Of a DNA stretch of 64,000 nt, positions 26,845-36,657 are shown piece after piece. Numbering within the stretch: the first letter of the stretch is position 1; every line of letters begins with the position of its first letter. The stretch is from Dehalococcoidia bacterium (GTDB lineage: Bacteria; Chloroflexota; Dehalococcoidia; GIF9; AB-539-J10): the NCBI GenBank assembly GCA_030610855.1, contig JAUWQY010000004.1, forward strand, positions 9,382 through 73,381. The letters are read 5' to 3'. Made by a program: the position numbers and the translations under genes. The notes under the pieces were generated by a model. That model did no database searches. It was not told where the DNA came from and saw only the letters and a program-made list of their open reading frames with translations.

Positions 26845-28608
26845 CTAGAAGAGTCCCTGCACTTTGCCGGTCTTGGTATCAACATCTACCCTTCTGAAGG
26901 CCGGGTTGGAACTCGTGCCAGGCATCAAGCTGATTGTCCCGGCGCACGGGCAAAGGAATTTAGCCCCGGAGTAAATCAACACATCGCGGATGGGCAGGGT
27001 CCATCCCTTGGGAACGCCCTTAAGCTCGGGATTGTGGGACAGGCTCAGGTGCGTCTTCACCATCATGGTGGGGTACTCATCATATTTGGCGTCTGCCTCG
27101 AACGTCTTAGCCTTGGCCTCGGCATCGGCGGTCCATGACACTCCTTCGGCCCCATAGACTACCCTGGCGATCTTATCAACTCGCTCTCGTAGCTTCATTT
27201 CCATGGGGTAAAGGAACTTGAAGTCGTTCTTCTCCTCGCATGCTTCCATAACTGCATCGGCAAGCTCCAGGGCACCGTCACCACCTTTGAGCCAGTGCTC
27301 GCTGAGCGCACAACGTGCCCCGGCCGCCTCCGCTGCCTTGCGTACCATGGCGATCTCCGCCTTAGTGTCGGTCTGGAAGGCGTTGATACACACTACGGGG
27401 TTGATGCCTGCCGTCCTGACGGTATTGATATGGTGCAGCATATTGGGGATGCCCTTTTCCAGGAGTCCCAGATCCTCCTTAGTATAGGAGGCCGGTAAGG
27501 GCCGTCCAGCCACGACCGTCGGCCCACCGCCGTGCATCTTCAACGCCCTGATGGTGGCGGTCAGTACCGATACATGCGGCTTGAGACCGCTGAGCCGGCA
27601 TTTCACATTCCAGAACTTCTCAAATCCTATATCAGCGGCAAACCCGCTCTCGGTAACATGATAATCAAACATCTTCAGTGCCATGCGGTCGCCGATGACG
27701 GAAGATTGACCGACAGCGATGTTGGCAAAGGGGCCGGCATGGACCAGACAGGGCTGATACTCCGCGGTGCACATGAGGGTGGGATTAATCGTGTTGCGCA
27801 TCCAGGCAGTCATGGCGCCTCCTACCTCCAGATCGCCGGTGGTGACAGGATTACCTTCTCGGTCAAAGGCAACGGTGATTTCATCCATCCTTTTGCGAAG
27901 GTCCGCCAGGTCCGTGACAATAGAGAGCATAGCCATCAGCTCGGAGCTCACAGCGATGCCGAACCTGGACTGCATGGTGTAGCCATCCATGCGTCCGCCA
28001 AGGCCTATTACTATATTGCGGAGGCTCTGGGCACAGAAGTCTATTATCCAGCCCATCTCTACCCTTGTCGGGTCAACGTTCAGGCGGCGCATCCCTGTGC
28101 GCCTGGTCAGTTCCTCATCATTGTAGTTCCGCTCGTGCTGCATCCTGGAAGTAAGTGCCACCATGGCCAGATTGTGGGCATTCATTATGTCATTGATGTC
28201 GCCGGTAAGCCCCAAAGAGAATTCGGTCATGGGAATAAGCAGCGCATTGCCGCCCCCGGCAGCAGTACCCTTGATGTTCATGCTCGGGCCACCGGATGGC
28301 TGGCGTATACAACCCCCCACATTCTTGCCTCGCTTGCCAATGCCTTCTAAGAGACCCATACTGGTCGTAGTTTTCCCTTCTCCGAGCGGAGTAGGAGTTA
28401 TAGCAGTCACTTCAACGAACTTGCCGTCAGGCTTGCCCTTCAGTCGCTTAATAATCTTCATGAAGTCGAGCTTGCACAGTCTTCCGTAAGGAATAATCTC
28501 ATCCTTCTGCAAGTTCAGTTTTTCCCGCCACTCATCGGGCGTCGGCATGTTTTCTTCGGCAGCTTCCGAAATCTGCCAGTCCTTCAGTTTTGTCGCATCA
28601 TAAGCCAT
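26845..28608 (-). CDS. fhs: formate--tetrahydrofolate ligase
   Basis: The protein is 587 aa with the nucleotide loop [15 protein letters not shown]. Conservation typical of FTHFS runs along the whole length. Confidence 0.93.
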   Translation of the reverse strand: MAYDATKLKDWQISEAAEENMPTPDEWREKLNLQKDEIIPYGRLCKLDFMKIIKRLKGKPDGKFVEVTAITPTPLGEGKTTTSMGLLEGIGKRGKNVGGCIRQPSGGPSMNIKGTAAGGGNALLIPMTEFSLGLTGDINDIMNAHNLAMVALTSRMQHERNYNDEELTRRTGMRRLNVDPTRVEMGWIIDFCAQSLRNIVIGLGGRMDGYTMQSRFGIAVSSELMAMLSIVTDLADLRKRMDEITVAFDREGNPVTTGDLEVGGAMTAWMRNTINPTLMCTAEYQPCLVHAGPFANIAVGQSSVIGDRMALKMFDYHVTESGFAADIGFEKFWNVKCRLSGLKPHVSVLTATIRALKMHGGGPTVVAGRPLPASYTKEDLGLLEKGIPNMLHHINTVRTAGINPVVCINAFQTDTKAEIAMVRKAAEAAGARCALSEHWLKGGDGALELADAVMEACEEKNDFKFLYPMEMKLRERVDKIARVVYGAEGVSWTADAEAKAKTFEADAKYDEYPTMMVKTHLSLSHNPELKGVPKGWTLPIRDVLIYSGAKFLCPCAGTISLMPGTSSNPAFRRVDVDTKTGKVQGLF

Positions 28609-28638
28609 GATAACCTCCTCTCTGATCTCTGCAATTCA

Positions 28639-29547
28639 TTACTTTCGCGTGCGCTCAGCCCTGCGCTCGGCTGCCACTACTGTGTTGGCCATAAGCATGG
28701 TGATAGTCATGGGGCCAACCCCTCCCGGCACCGGTGTAATAGCGCTGGCTTTCTCTTTGACCGTCTCAAACTCTACATCCCCCCTCAGGTCGGGGACCTG
28801 CTTATTGGGGTCAGCCTTGCTGGGTTTCCATCCCACGCGGTTCACACCCACGTCGATGACAACTGCTCCTTCCTTTACCATGTCCGCCTTTATGACTTCC
28901 GGAGAACCCATCGCCGCCACCAGGATATCTGCCTGCCTGGTGATTTCGGCCATGTTCTTGGTCCCGGTGTGGACGACGGTCACAGTTGCGTTGGCACGCT
29001 TATTCTTCTGCACCAGCATGGCCATCAGAGGTTTGCCTACTATGTTGCTTCGGCCGCATATGACCACGTGCTTGCCATCAGGGGCGTTGCCGCTGCGGAT
29101 CATCAATTCCACTGCCCCGTGCGGTGTGCAGGGCATGAAATACGGGTCTCCGATGAGCATCTTGCCCACGTTGACGGGATGGAAGCCATCCACGTCCTTA
29201 ACCGGGTCGATGAGGTTCAGCACCTTGTTCCCATCGACGTGCTTTGGCAACGGTAGTTGAACCAGTATGCCATCGACGTGCTCTGCTTTGTTCATTTCCT
29301 TCACTCTGGAAATGAGTTCCTTCTCCGAGGCGTTCCCGGGCAGGACGATGGTCTCTGACCACACGCCTATCTCATCCGCCGCCTTTTCCTTGCCCGAAAC
29401 ATAGGATATGGACCCAGGGTCCTCCCCCACGCGGATCATGACCAGGCCCGGCGTTACGCCCCTGCTTTTGAGCTTGGATACGCGTTCCGTCAGCTCAGCC
29501 CGGATCTCCTTCGCTACCTCGGTTCCAGAGATTATCTTTGCCGTCAT
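28639..29547 (-). CDS. folD: bifunctional methylene-THF dehydrogenase / methenyl-THF cyclohydrolase
   Basis: MTAKIISG, YVSGKEKA, ILVQLPLP, VVICGRSNIVGKP and PVPGGVGPMT are present. Confidence 0.93.
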   Translation of the reverse strand: MTAKIISGTEVAKEIRAELTERVSKLKSRGVTPGLVMIRVGEDPGSISYVSGKEKAADEIGVWSETIVLPGNASEKELISRVKEMNKAEHVDGILVQLPLPKHVDGNKVLNLIDPVKDVDGFHPVNVGKMLIGDPYFMPCTPHGAVELMIRSGNAPDGKHVVICGRSNIVGKPLMAMLVQKNKRANATVTVVHTGTKNMAEITRQADILVAAMGSPEVIKADMVKEGAVVIDVGVNRVGWKPSKADPNKQVPDLRGDVEFETVKEKASAITPVPGGVGPMTITMLMANTVVAAERRAERTRK

Positions 29548-29595
29548 CTAAACCTCCTTTCTTAATTCTTGGATTATCGGCTCACCGATAACTGT

Positions 29596-30393
29596 CTATT
29601 TGCCGGCTCTAAGACGTGCCGCAATGTCCTTCAACTGGTCGATGACAACGGAGCTCGAATCGGTGACGGGAAAACTGCCAAGGCCAGCTTCTATGACGCT
29701 CTCGTCGTAGGGGATGAAACCAAGAAACTCAAAATCCTGCATGGCCGCCAGCAGAAAATCCCTGTCCCGTTCACTACGAATCTTGTTAGCCACCGCCCTG
29801 ATTCTTTCCAAACCTATGTCTCTTGCCAGCTCTCTTATCCTGTACGCTGTTTCCACACTGCCCTTGCCCGGCTCTACCACCACTATCAGCTCATCCACCG
29901 CCTTTGCCGTCGCCCGCCCGAGATGCTCCACCCCGGCCTCCATATCCATTATCACTACTTCATCCCTCTTCAGGAGTAAGTGAGCAACCAGAGCTTCCAG
30001 CAAGGCATTTTCAGGACAGTAGCAACCGCTACCACCCTTTCTTAACCGTCCCATCACCATCAACCTGATTCCGTTATGCTCGACCCAGTACTTCTCGGGT
30101 ATGTCATCAACCCTCGGATTCAGCTTGAAGTAAGGTGCTGCCTGACCGGGACGTGCCCCCGTCCTTTCTTCGATGAGGTCTCCCATCTCAGATATGGGAG
30201 TGATCTTCTCCGAGCCGGGAAAGCCGAGGGCCATCGCCAGAGTAGGATTGGGGTCGGCATCTATGGCCAGAACAGAATACCCGGATTCGCTCAATATAGT
30301 GGAAAGGAGGGCGACCAGCATCGTTTTGCCTACGCCTCCTTTGCCACTAACAGCGACTTTCATCCCCGGAAGGCAGATTTTAGCCTGTCTCAA
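29596..30393 (-). CDS. cooC: CooC-type (MinD/ParA family) nickel-insertion ATPase
   Basis: A deviant Walker A (KVAVSGKGGVGKT) and a CxC-like metal site (GSGCYCPEN) are present. The start may be the internal ATG at 30363. Confidence 0.8.
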   Translation of the reverse strand: MRQAKICLPGMKVAVSGKGGVGKTMLVALLSTILSESGYSVLAIDADPNPTLAMALGFPGSEKITPISEMGDLIEERTGARPGQAAPYFKLNPRVDDIPEKYWVEHNGIRLMVMGRLRKGGSGCYCPENALLEALVAHLLLKRDEVVIMDMEAGVEHLGRATAKAVDELIVVVEPGKGSVETAYRIRELARDIGLERIRAVANKIRSERDRDFLLAAMQDFEFLGFIPYDESVIEAGLGSFPVTDSSSVVIDQLKDIAARLRAGK

Positions 30394-30592
30394 CAGCAGA
30401 AGTCAATTCGTGTTGGAAAGAACAGGGCATTCAGTACGGTGGCTTATCTCAAGAAGAGCATCCCGTCTTCGTACGGAGACGCTAACAGTGAAAACCATCC
30501 CGCGCCTGACACTTGGTGACGGGGCAGCCTCTTCGGTGTAGAAAGCGAAGAATGATTCAATGCTCTCACGGGGAGACTGAACTACTGAAAAG

Positions 30593-30808
30593 GTGTATAA
30601 TACGGGGCGAATGAAGAGGGTAGACATCTATCGAGGCTGGTGCAAGAGATGTGGTATTTGCATCGCCTTCTGCCCCAAGCATGTCCTGGAAGCTGACAAA
30701 GACGGATTCCCCACCGTAAAAGACCTCGAGCAATGCTCGGGTTGCAAGCTGTGCGAAATCAGATGCCCGGATTTCGCTATAGTCGTGTCCAAAGATGAAG
30801 AAGGATAA
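30593..30808 (+). CDS. 2-oxoacid:ferredoxin oxidoreductase delta (ferredoxin) subunit
   Basis: Two 4Fe-4S motifs are present (CKRCGICIAFCP and CSGCKLCEIRCP). The start is uncertain (GTG 30593 or ATG 30611). Confidence 0.8.
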   Translation: MYNTGRMKRVDIYRGWCKRCGICIAFCPKHVLEADKDGFPTVKDLEQCSGCKLCEIRCPDFAIVVSKDEEG

Positions 30809-31964
30809 GGAAAAGGAACAGAAACAGGAAGAGCAGAACCGGATTCTTCTGCAAGGTAATGAGGCATGCGTAAGGGGTGCCCTCATGGCCGGTTGCCGCT
30901 TCTACGCCGGTTATCCCATCACTCCAGCGACGGAAATCACCGAGGTTATGGCGCGGGAGTTGCCCAAGGTCGGAGGAGTCTTCATCCAGATGGAAGACGA
31001 AATCGCCAGCCTGGGTGCCGTTATCGGTGCCTCCCTCGCCGGTGCCAAGAGCATGACTGCCACAAGCGGACCCGGGTTTTCCTTGATGCAGGAACATATC
31101 GGCTATGCTTGCATGGCTGAGGTCCCCTGTGTTGTTGTCGATGTGATGCGTGCCGGACCGAGCACGGGTCTTCCTACTCAGCCGTCTCAGGGCGATGTCA
31201 TGCAGGCCCGCTGGGGAACACATGGCGACCACTCTATCGTTGTTCTTTCCCCTTCTTCGGTATACGAGTTCTTTGAACTCACGATCCAGGCATTTAACCT
31301 ATCGGAGAGATACCGCATGCCGACAATCCTGCTTGCTGATCAGATAGTGGCCCACATGAGAGAAGGAATAGTGCTACCGTCCAAAGAAGACATAGAGATC
31401 GAGGACAGACCTCAACCAACTGTTCCCCCCGAATGGCATATCCCCTATGGTGACCCCGGTACGGGCGTTCCGCCGATGCCTGCCTTCGGTGAAGGGTATC
31501 GCTACCACGTGACAGGTCTGCATCACGACCTGCGAGGGTATCCCACTACCCGAAAGGAAGAAGTTGAGTCCTTGATGCGGCGGCTTTTCTCCAAGATATC
31601 CAATGATCTCGAGCGTTTGCAGTGGTTTGACTCCTTCTACACGGAGGATGCCGTGATAACTGTAATAGCCTATGGCTGCGTAGCCCGTGCCGGGATGCAG
31701 GCCGTGAAGGAAGCCCGGGCAAAGGGTCTCAAGGTAGGGCTCCTTAAGCTTAAGGTTCTCTGGCCCTTCATGCGTCGCACGGTAACCACTATCCTCGACA
31801 GCTCCCAGAAGGTACTGGTTCCGGAGATGAATGTCGGCCATATTTCTCGTGAAGTGAAAAGGGTCAATCAAGGCAACTGCGAGATTCTGACCCTGAACAA
31901 GATAGATGGAACGCCCATAACCCCTGCTGAGATATTGGAGACACTTGAGGAGGTCTATCCGTGA
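30795..31964 (+). CDS. 2-oxoacid:ferredoxin oxidoreductase alpha subunit
   Basis: LLQGNEACVRGALMAGCRFYAGYPITPATEI is typical of KorA/PorA. The gene overlaps its neighbours, consistent with an operon. Confidence 0.88.
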   Translation: MKKDKEKEQKQEEQNRILLQGNEACVRGALMAGCRFYAGYPITPATEITEVMARELPKVGGVFIQMEDEIASLGAVIGASLAGAKSMTATSGPGFSLMQEHIGYACMAEVPCVVVDVMRAGPSTGLPTQPSQGDVMQARWGTHGDHSIVVLSPSSVYEFFELTIQAFNLSERYRMPTILLADQIVAHMREGIVLPSKEDIEIEDRPQPTVPPEWHIPYGDPGTGVPPMPAFGEGYRYHVTGLHHDLRGYPTTRKEEVESLMRRLFSKISNDLERLQWFDSFYTEDAVITVIAYGCVARAGMQAVKEARAKGLKVGLLKLKVLWPFMRRTVTTILDSSQKVLVPEMNVGHISREVKRVNQGNCEILTLNKIDGTPITPAEILETLEEVYP

Positions 31965-32788
31965 GGGAAACGAGCCATCTTGTCCACAAATACCTTCGTC
32001 CCACCATGAGATTCCCTCATATCTGGTGTCCCGGCTGCGGCATCGGAATCTTCATGCACGCGCTGATTAGAATCATTGACCGCATCGGATACAGCAAAGA
32101 CGATGTAGTTCTCGTCTCAGGCATCGGGTGTTCAGGCCGACTCCCCGTTTACGTTGACTTCAATACACTGCATACTACTCATGGCAGAGCTCTCACCTTT
32201 GCTACCGGGATAAAGCTAGCCAAACCTCGCCTCAAGGTAATCACGATAATGGGGGACGGTGACGGTGTGTCCATCGGGGGGAATCATCTCATCCACGCCG
32301 CAAGGCGGAATGTGGAGATTGCCAGCTTCATAATCAACAATCAGGTCTACGGTATGACCGGGGGCCAGTGCTCCCCCACGACTCCCTACGGGGCCAGGAC
32401 CACATCTTCTCCGTACGGAAACCCCGAGGCTGCCTTCGACGTATCCCGGCTTGTAGAGGCTGCGGGGGCGACCTTTGTCGGCAGAACGACCGTCTATCAT
32501 ACCACCTTGCTGGATCGACTGATAGAAAAGGCTCTCACGAAGAATGGATTTGCCATGGTTGAGGTTATTGCTCAGTGTGTGACCTATGCCGGGCGCTGGT
32601 TGGGGCTGGCTTCCCCTGCTGAGATGATGGCATGGCAGCGGGACAACTCCGTAACGGTGGAAAAGGCGAAGGAGCTAAACGAAACTGAGCTGGCAGGAAA
32701 GACAATTATCGGCGTTCTAGCCGATCGAGAAAGGCCAACCTACAATGAAGAATGCACGAAGCTCCGCACGCAAGAACTCAAGGTATGA
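31961..32788 (+). CDS. 2-oxoacid:ferredoxin oxidoreductase beta (TPP-binding) subunit
   Basis: WCPGCGIG and the TPP motif IMGDGDGVSIGGNH are present. Confidence 0.88.
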   Translation: MRETSHLVHKYLRPTMRFPHIWCPGCGIGIFMHALIRIIDRIGYSKDDVVLVSGIGCSGRLPVYVDFNTLHTTHGRALTFATGIKLAKPRLKVITIMGDGDGVSIGGNHLIHAARRNVEIASFIINNQVYGMTGGQCSPTTPYGARTTSSPYGNPEAAFDVSRLVEAAGATFVGRTTVYHTTLLDRLIEKALTKNGFAMVEVIAQCVTYAGRWLGLASPAEMMAWQRDNSVTVEKAKELNETELAGKTIIGVLADRERPTYNEECTKLRTQELKV

Positions 32789-33347
32789 AATAAGAATCGC
32801 CGGTTCCGGGGGGCAGGGCATAGTTCTGGCCGGGATAATGCTGGCCGAGGCTGCTATTCTGGACGGCCGATATGTCGCCCAGAGTGAGAACTACGGCCCC
32901 GAAGCCAGGGGAGGCAACTCAATCTCGGAGGTGATTGTGAGCGATGAGGAGATTGATTATCCTCAGGCTGTAGAGCTGGATGTCCTTGTTGCCCTGACGC
33001 AGGAGGCATGCGTCCGCAACCTGCCCGCCATGAAAGAAGGCGGCCTTGTTATCGTGGACTCAAGCCTGGTGCGCTGGGTTCCCTGGGATAAGGTGGCGCG
33101 TCTGCCTTTCCAACAAATAGCCGCGAACACGGGTGAGCGAAGGGCCATCAATATGGCCGCTCTCGGCGCTGTAGCATCGCTCTGTTCCATCGTCTCTTCT
33201 GCCTCTTTGGTCAAGGTCATGGCCAAGAGACTCCCTGCATCGAAGGTGGAAGCGAACCGCCTGGCCTTTAACGAGGCTCTTCAGGCAACCGACAAACTGA
33301 AAGACAGCCTTACCTCTTTGAAACCTAAAGACCAGTTTGAAATCTAG
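32745..33347 (+). CDS. 2-oxoacid:ferredoxin oxidoreductase gamma subunit
   Basis: IRIAGSGGQGIVLAG...YGPEARGG is present. The start is uncertain because the ORF overlaps the beta subunit by 44 nt. Confidence 0.85.
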   Translation: MKNARSSARKNSRYEIRIAGSGGQGIVLAGIMLAEAAILDGRYVAQSENYGPEARGGNSISEVIVSDEEIDYPQAVELDVLVALTQEACVRNLPAMKEGGLVIVDSSLVRWVPWDKVARLPFQQIAANTGERRAINMAALGAVASLCSIVSSASLVKVMAKRLPASKVEANRLAFNEALQATDKLKDSLTSLKPKDQFEI

Positions 33348-33460
33348 GTTGGGCTGACATCTCTCCGCGCCAGCGGTGTTTTGAAAGACGGGGGTAGTTG
33401 GATTCTTCTCTCCGCACCATCACTGCTAGATAGGGATATTGCGTGGGCACTTCGCCTCTT

Positions 33461-33534
33461 GTCATTCTGAGGCAGTGAAGTGACCGAAGAATCGGAAAGA
33501 CTCGTCGCTCCGACAAGTCGGGGCTCCGCGTGAC
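33461..33534. repeat. class-A palindromic intergenic repeat (GTCATTCTGAG...CCGACAAGTCGGGGCT...GTGAC)
   Basis: It shares its terminal arms and the CCGACAAGTCGGGG core with the copies at 50532-50619, 62041-62150 and 62631-62718. Confidence 0.75.
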
Positions 33535-33583
33535 GGAAGGCGAAGGCTCAGTTCGACCCTCGTTTCACTCACCATCACCCTAT

Positions 33584-33605
33584 CCCTCTCTCGTCGAGGG
33601 AGAGG
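33584..33605. repeat. class-B hairpin repeat (CCCTCTCTC-loop-GAGGGAGAGG)
   Basis: This imperfect copy is preceded by a CACCATCACCC tract. Confidence 0.55.
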
Positions 33606-33760
33606 AATCCTAGAGACAGCCGAACCACTCCACCGGATAACACGTACTGCAGGAGCCACGGGAATCTTCAGAAAACCCGAGAAACCCCTTGACAGCACAG
33701 GGTGACGTAGTTATACACTTGAGGACACGCCCCGACACAGCAAGTGCAACAGGTCAGGAA

Positions 33761-36457
33761 ATGGCAATCAACTGGCACAATCTTACCGCCGAAGAGGTCA
33801 TAAGCAAACTCAACTCCTCACGTTCGGGGCTTGCTCAAGAAGAGGCAAGGAACCGACAACACGAGCACGGTCCTAACGAGTTGACGGAAAAGGGCAAGAG
33901 ACCGGCAATTATGCTCTTTTTGCGCCAGTTCGCCAGTCCTCTTATCTACATACTGCTTGCTGCCGCGCTGATTGAGTTCTTTGTTATGCGGAAGCCCACC
34001 GATGCCTCGGTCATCCTGGCTGTGGTCTTCATCAATGCCGTAATCGGCTTTGTGCAGGAAGGCCGGGCTGAACAGGCTGTGGAAGCACTGAAGAGGCTGA
34101 CCGTGCCCCAGGCCAGGGTGTTGAGAAATGGCACCACTGTTCCCTCTCCCGCAAGTCACCTGGTTCCCGGTGACATCGTCGTGCTGGAGGCAGGCGATAA
34201 GATTCCCGCCGATACCAGGCTGATTGAGGCAGCAAGTCTATCTGTGGACGAATCCATCCTCACCGGTGAATCGGTTCCGGTGGAGAAGTTTACCGGTGCA
34301 ATTGAAGGCGAGGCAGTCGTAGCTGACATGGGCAATATGGCGCATATGGGCTGTGCTGTAGTTGCCGGGCGTGGGGTGGCTGTGGTCACGGCCACCGGTA
34401 TGAACACTGAGATTGGCAAGATTAGTGCCCACGTGCAGGAAGTCAAGCCCCCGCCTACGCCGCTGCAACGTAACATCGCCACGTTGGGACGCTACATCGG
34501 TATCGTGGTGCTCGCCATCATCGCGGTACTGATAGCCATCGGAGTGGCGAAACAATACACATTTGAGGAGATGTTCACGTTCGCGGTTGCCGCTGCAGTT
34601 TCCGCGATTCCTGAAGGTCTGCCGGTAACGGTGACAGTAGTCCTCGCCCTGGGAATGAGGCGCATGGCGAAGAGGCATGCGCTTATCAGGAAGTTGCCAG
34701 CCGTGGAGACCATGGGCGCCGTCACCGTCATCTGCTCGGATAAAACGGGCACGTTAACCGAAAGCGAGATGACCTCACGGCAGATATACCTGCGGGGCAG
34801 AACAATAGAAATCACGGGAGTTGGCTATCGTCCGGAGGGTGAGTTCCTGGAAAACGGACAGAAACTTGAACCTGCAAAGGACGAAGACCTGCTTCTAGCC
34901 CTGAGAATCAGCGCCCTGTGCAATGACTCTGCCCTGAAATCAGATGGCGATAAGTATCAACTACTGGGTGACCCCACTGAGGGGGCTTTGCTGGTGGCCG
35001 CTCTTAAGGCAGGGCTGGACCAGAGAGCATTGCATGAAGAGCAGCCGCGACTGGCCGAACTGCCGTTCCTCAGCGAGAAGCGCTATATGGCTACGCTTCA
35101 TCGCGCTCATAACGGGAAAGACCGCAAAGCAGTGGTGTACGTGAAGGGGGCCGTTGACAGGGTGCTGGCGATGTGCGGCAAAGTGCTTGAAAACGGGACC
35201 CCTCAGGAGATGACCCCTGAGAAAATGGCGCACATTGACAAAGAGAACCTTGAGATGGCAGCAAAGGCACTGCGCGTGATGGCTCTCGCCTATGCCGAAT
35301 GTTCTCCCACCCCAGAACAGCTTTCCCATGAGCACCTTGACGGCAGTTTGACTCTCGTCGGTCTGGTGGGGATGATTGACCCGCCCCGTCAGGAAGCCAA
35401 GCAGGCGGTTGCCGACTGCAAGCGTGCCGGCATCAGAGTGGTGATGATAACCGGGGACCAGAAGGCCACGGCGGTCGCCATTGCCGAAGAACTGGGACTG
35501 CCGGCTGGCAAAGCGGTGACCGGTCTAGAGCTGGAGAAGATGAGTGATGAAAAGCTCAGTGTCGAAATAGAGAAAATCTCAGTCTTCGCCCGCGTCGAGC
35601 CGCTCCACAAGCTCAGGATAGTCAATGCCCTGAAGTCAAAGGGCTACACCGTCGCCATGACCGGGGACGGGGTCAATGATGGCCCGGCCCTGAGAAGCGC
35701 CGACATCGGCATAGCCATGGGTATCAAGGGTACGGATGTCGCCCGCGAAGCCTCCGATATCATACTCACCGACGATAACTTCGCCTCCATCGTCTCTGCC
35801 GTCGAAGAGGGAAGGGTCATCTTCGACAATATCCGCCGTTCCGTTTTCTATCTCCTGAGCACCAATGTGGGTGAGTTGCTCACCTGGACGCTGGCAATTC
35901 TGGCCGGCATTCCCCTGCCCATCGTCGCTGTTCAGATTCTATGGATAAACCTGGTTACCGATGGTGTCTACGTCATACCGTTAGGCCTGGAACCAAAGCA
36001 CCGCAATGTACTGCAAGGACCCCCGCGTCGAGCAAAGTCAGGAATCGTTTATAGCGGAATGCTGGCAAGGATCGCTTTTGTTGCCCTGTTCATGGCACTG
36101 GGTACATTCTTTATCTTTGGATGGGAACTGCCTCGCGTTGGGCTGGATAAGGCCAGGACAATAGCTTTCTCCGTGCTGGTTGCCTTCCAGTGGTTCAATG
36201 CCCTGAACGCACGCTCCGACCGGCAGTCGATCTTCAAGCTGGGCTTTCTCAGCAATCCTCTCCTGCTCGGTGGAATAGGACTGGCCATTCTGCTCCAGGT
36301 GATGGTAATCTACGCGCCTCCGTTCCAGAGCCTGTTCTACACGGTGCCTTTGAACGTCAACGACTGGATAGTCATCGTTCTTGTGGCAGGAAGCGTTGTG
36401 GTGGCAGAAGAGGTGCGCAAGCTGGTGGCGCCGCGCATCTTCGATCGGGGCAAATAG
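33761..36457 (+). CDS. P-type cation-transporting ATPase (P2, Ca2+/Mg2+-type)
   Basis: TGES, ICSDKTGTLT, IPEGLP in TM4, MITGDQ and GDGVNDGPAL are present. I prefer ATG 33761 (MAINWHNLTAEEV) over the TTG at 33689. Confidence 0.9.
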   Translation: MAINWHNLTAEEVISKLNSSRSGLAQEEARNRQHEHGPNELTEKGKRPAIMLFLRQFASPLIYILLAAALIEFFVMRKPTDASVILAVVFINAVIGFVQEGRAEQAVEALKRLTVPQARVLRNGTTVPSPASHLVPGDIVVLEAGDKIPADTRLIEAASLSVDESILTGESVPVEKFTGAIEGEAVVADMGNMAHMGCAVVAGRGVAVVTATGMNTEIGKISAHVQEVKPPPTPLQRNIATLGRYIGIVVLAIIAVLIAIGVAKQYTFEEMFTFAVAAAVSAIPEGLPVTVTVVLALGMRRMAKRHALIRKLPAVETMGAVTVICSDKTGTLTESEMTSRQIYLRGRTIEITGVGYRPEGEFLENGQKLEPAKDEDLLLALRISALCNDSALKSDGDKYQLLGDPTEGALLVAALKAGLDQRALHEEQPRLAELPFLSEKRYMATLHRAHNGKDRKAVVYVKGAVDRVLAMCGKVLENGTPQEMTPEKMAHIDKENLEMAAKALRVMALAYAECSPTPEQLSHEHLDGSLTLVGLVGMIDPPRQEAKQAVADCKRAGIRVVMITGDQKATAVAIAEELGLPAGKAVTGLELEKMSDEKLSVEIEKISVFARVEPLHKLRIVNALKSKGYTVAMTGDGVNDGPALRSADIGIAMGIKGTDVAREASDIILTDDNFASIVSAVEEGRVIFDNIRRSVFYLLSTNVGELLTWTLAILAGIPLPIVAVQILWINLVTDGVYVIPLGLEPKHRNVLQGPPRRAKSGIVYSGMLARIAFVALFMALGTFFIFGWELPRVGLDKARTIAFSVLVAFQWFNALNARSDRQSIFKLGFLSNPLLLGGIGLAILLQVMVIYAPPFQSLFYTVPLNVNDWIVIVLVAGSVVVAEEVRKLVAPRIFDRGK

Positions 36458-36524
36458 GCCGGGCTCTGCCCCGACTGTGATACATAGCTCCCCCGAGGAA
36501 CTGCGCCGGACAGGCACTGCCAAA

Positions 36525-36553
36525 TTGACAAACCCCCGGAGACAAACTACCAT
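36525..36553 (+). promoter_or_regulatory. candidate promoter of the acetyl-CoA synthetase gene (TTGACA-N17-TACCAT)
   Basis: TTGACA lies at 36525-36530 and TACCAT at 36548-36553. Confidence 0.4.
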
Positions 36554-36657
36554 ACAGCCCGAGGGTGATTCCCTGTCGGGGAGGATCCGCGGAAAAGCCG
36601 ATTCCCTAACACGCTAAGGGCCATTTCTCAATCCACACCACAACCAGGAGGCCAGCA

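Noticed and set aside
25767-29260. Plus-strand ORFs 25767-26510 (247 aa), 27532-28350 (272 aa) and 28607-29260 (217 aa)
   Set aside because: These lie antisense to ald, the Fe-S protein gene, fhs and folD, which all have unambiguous motifs on the minus strand.
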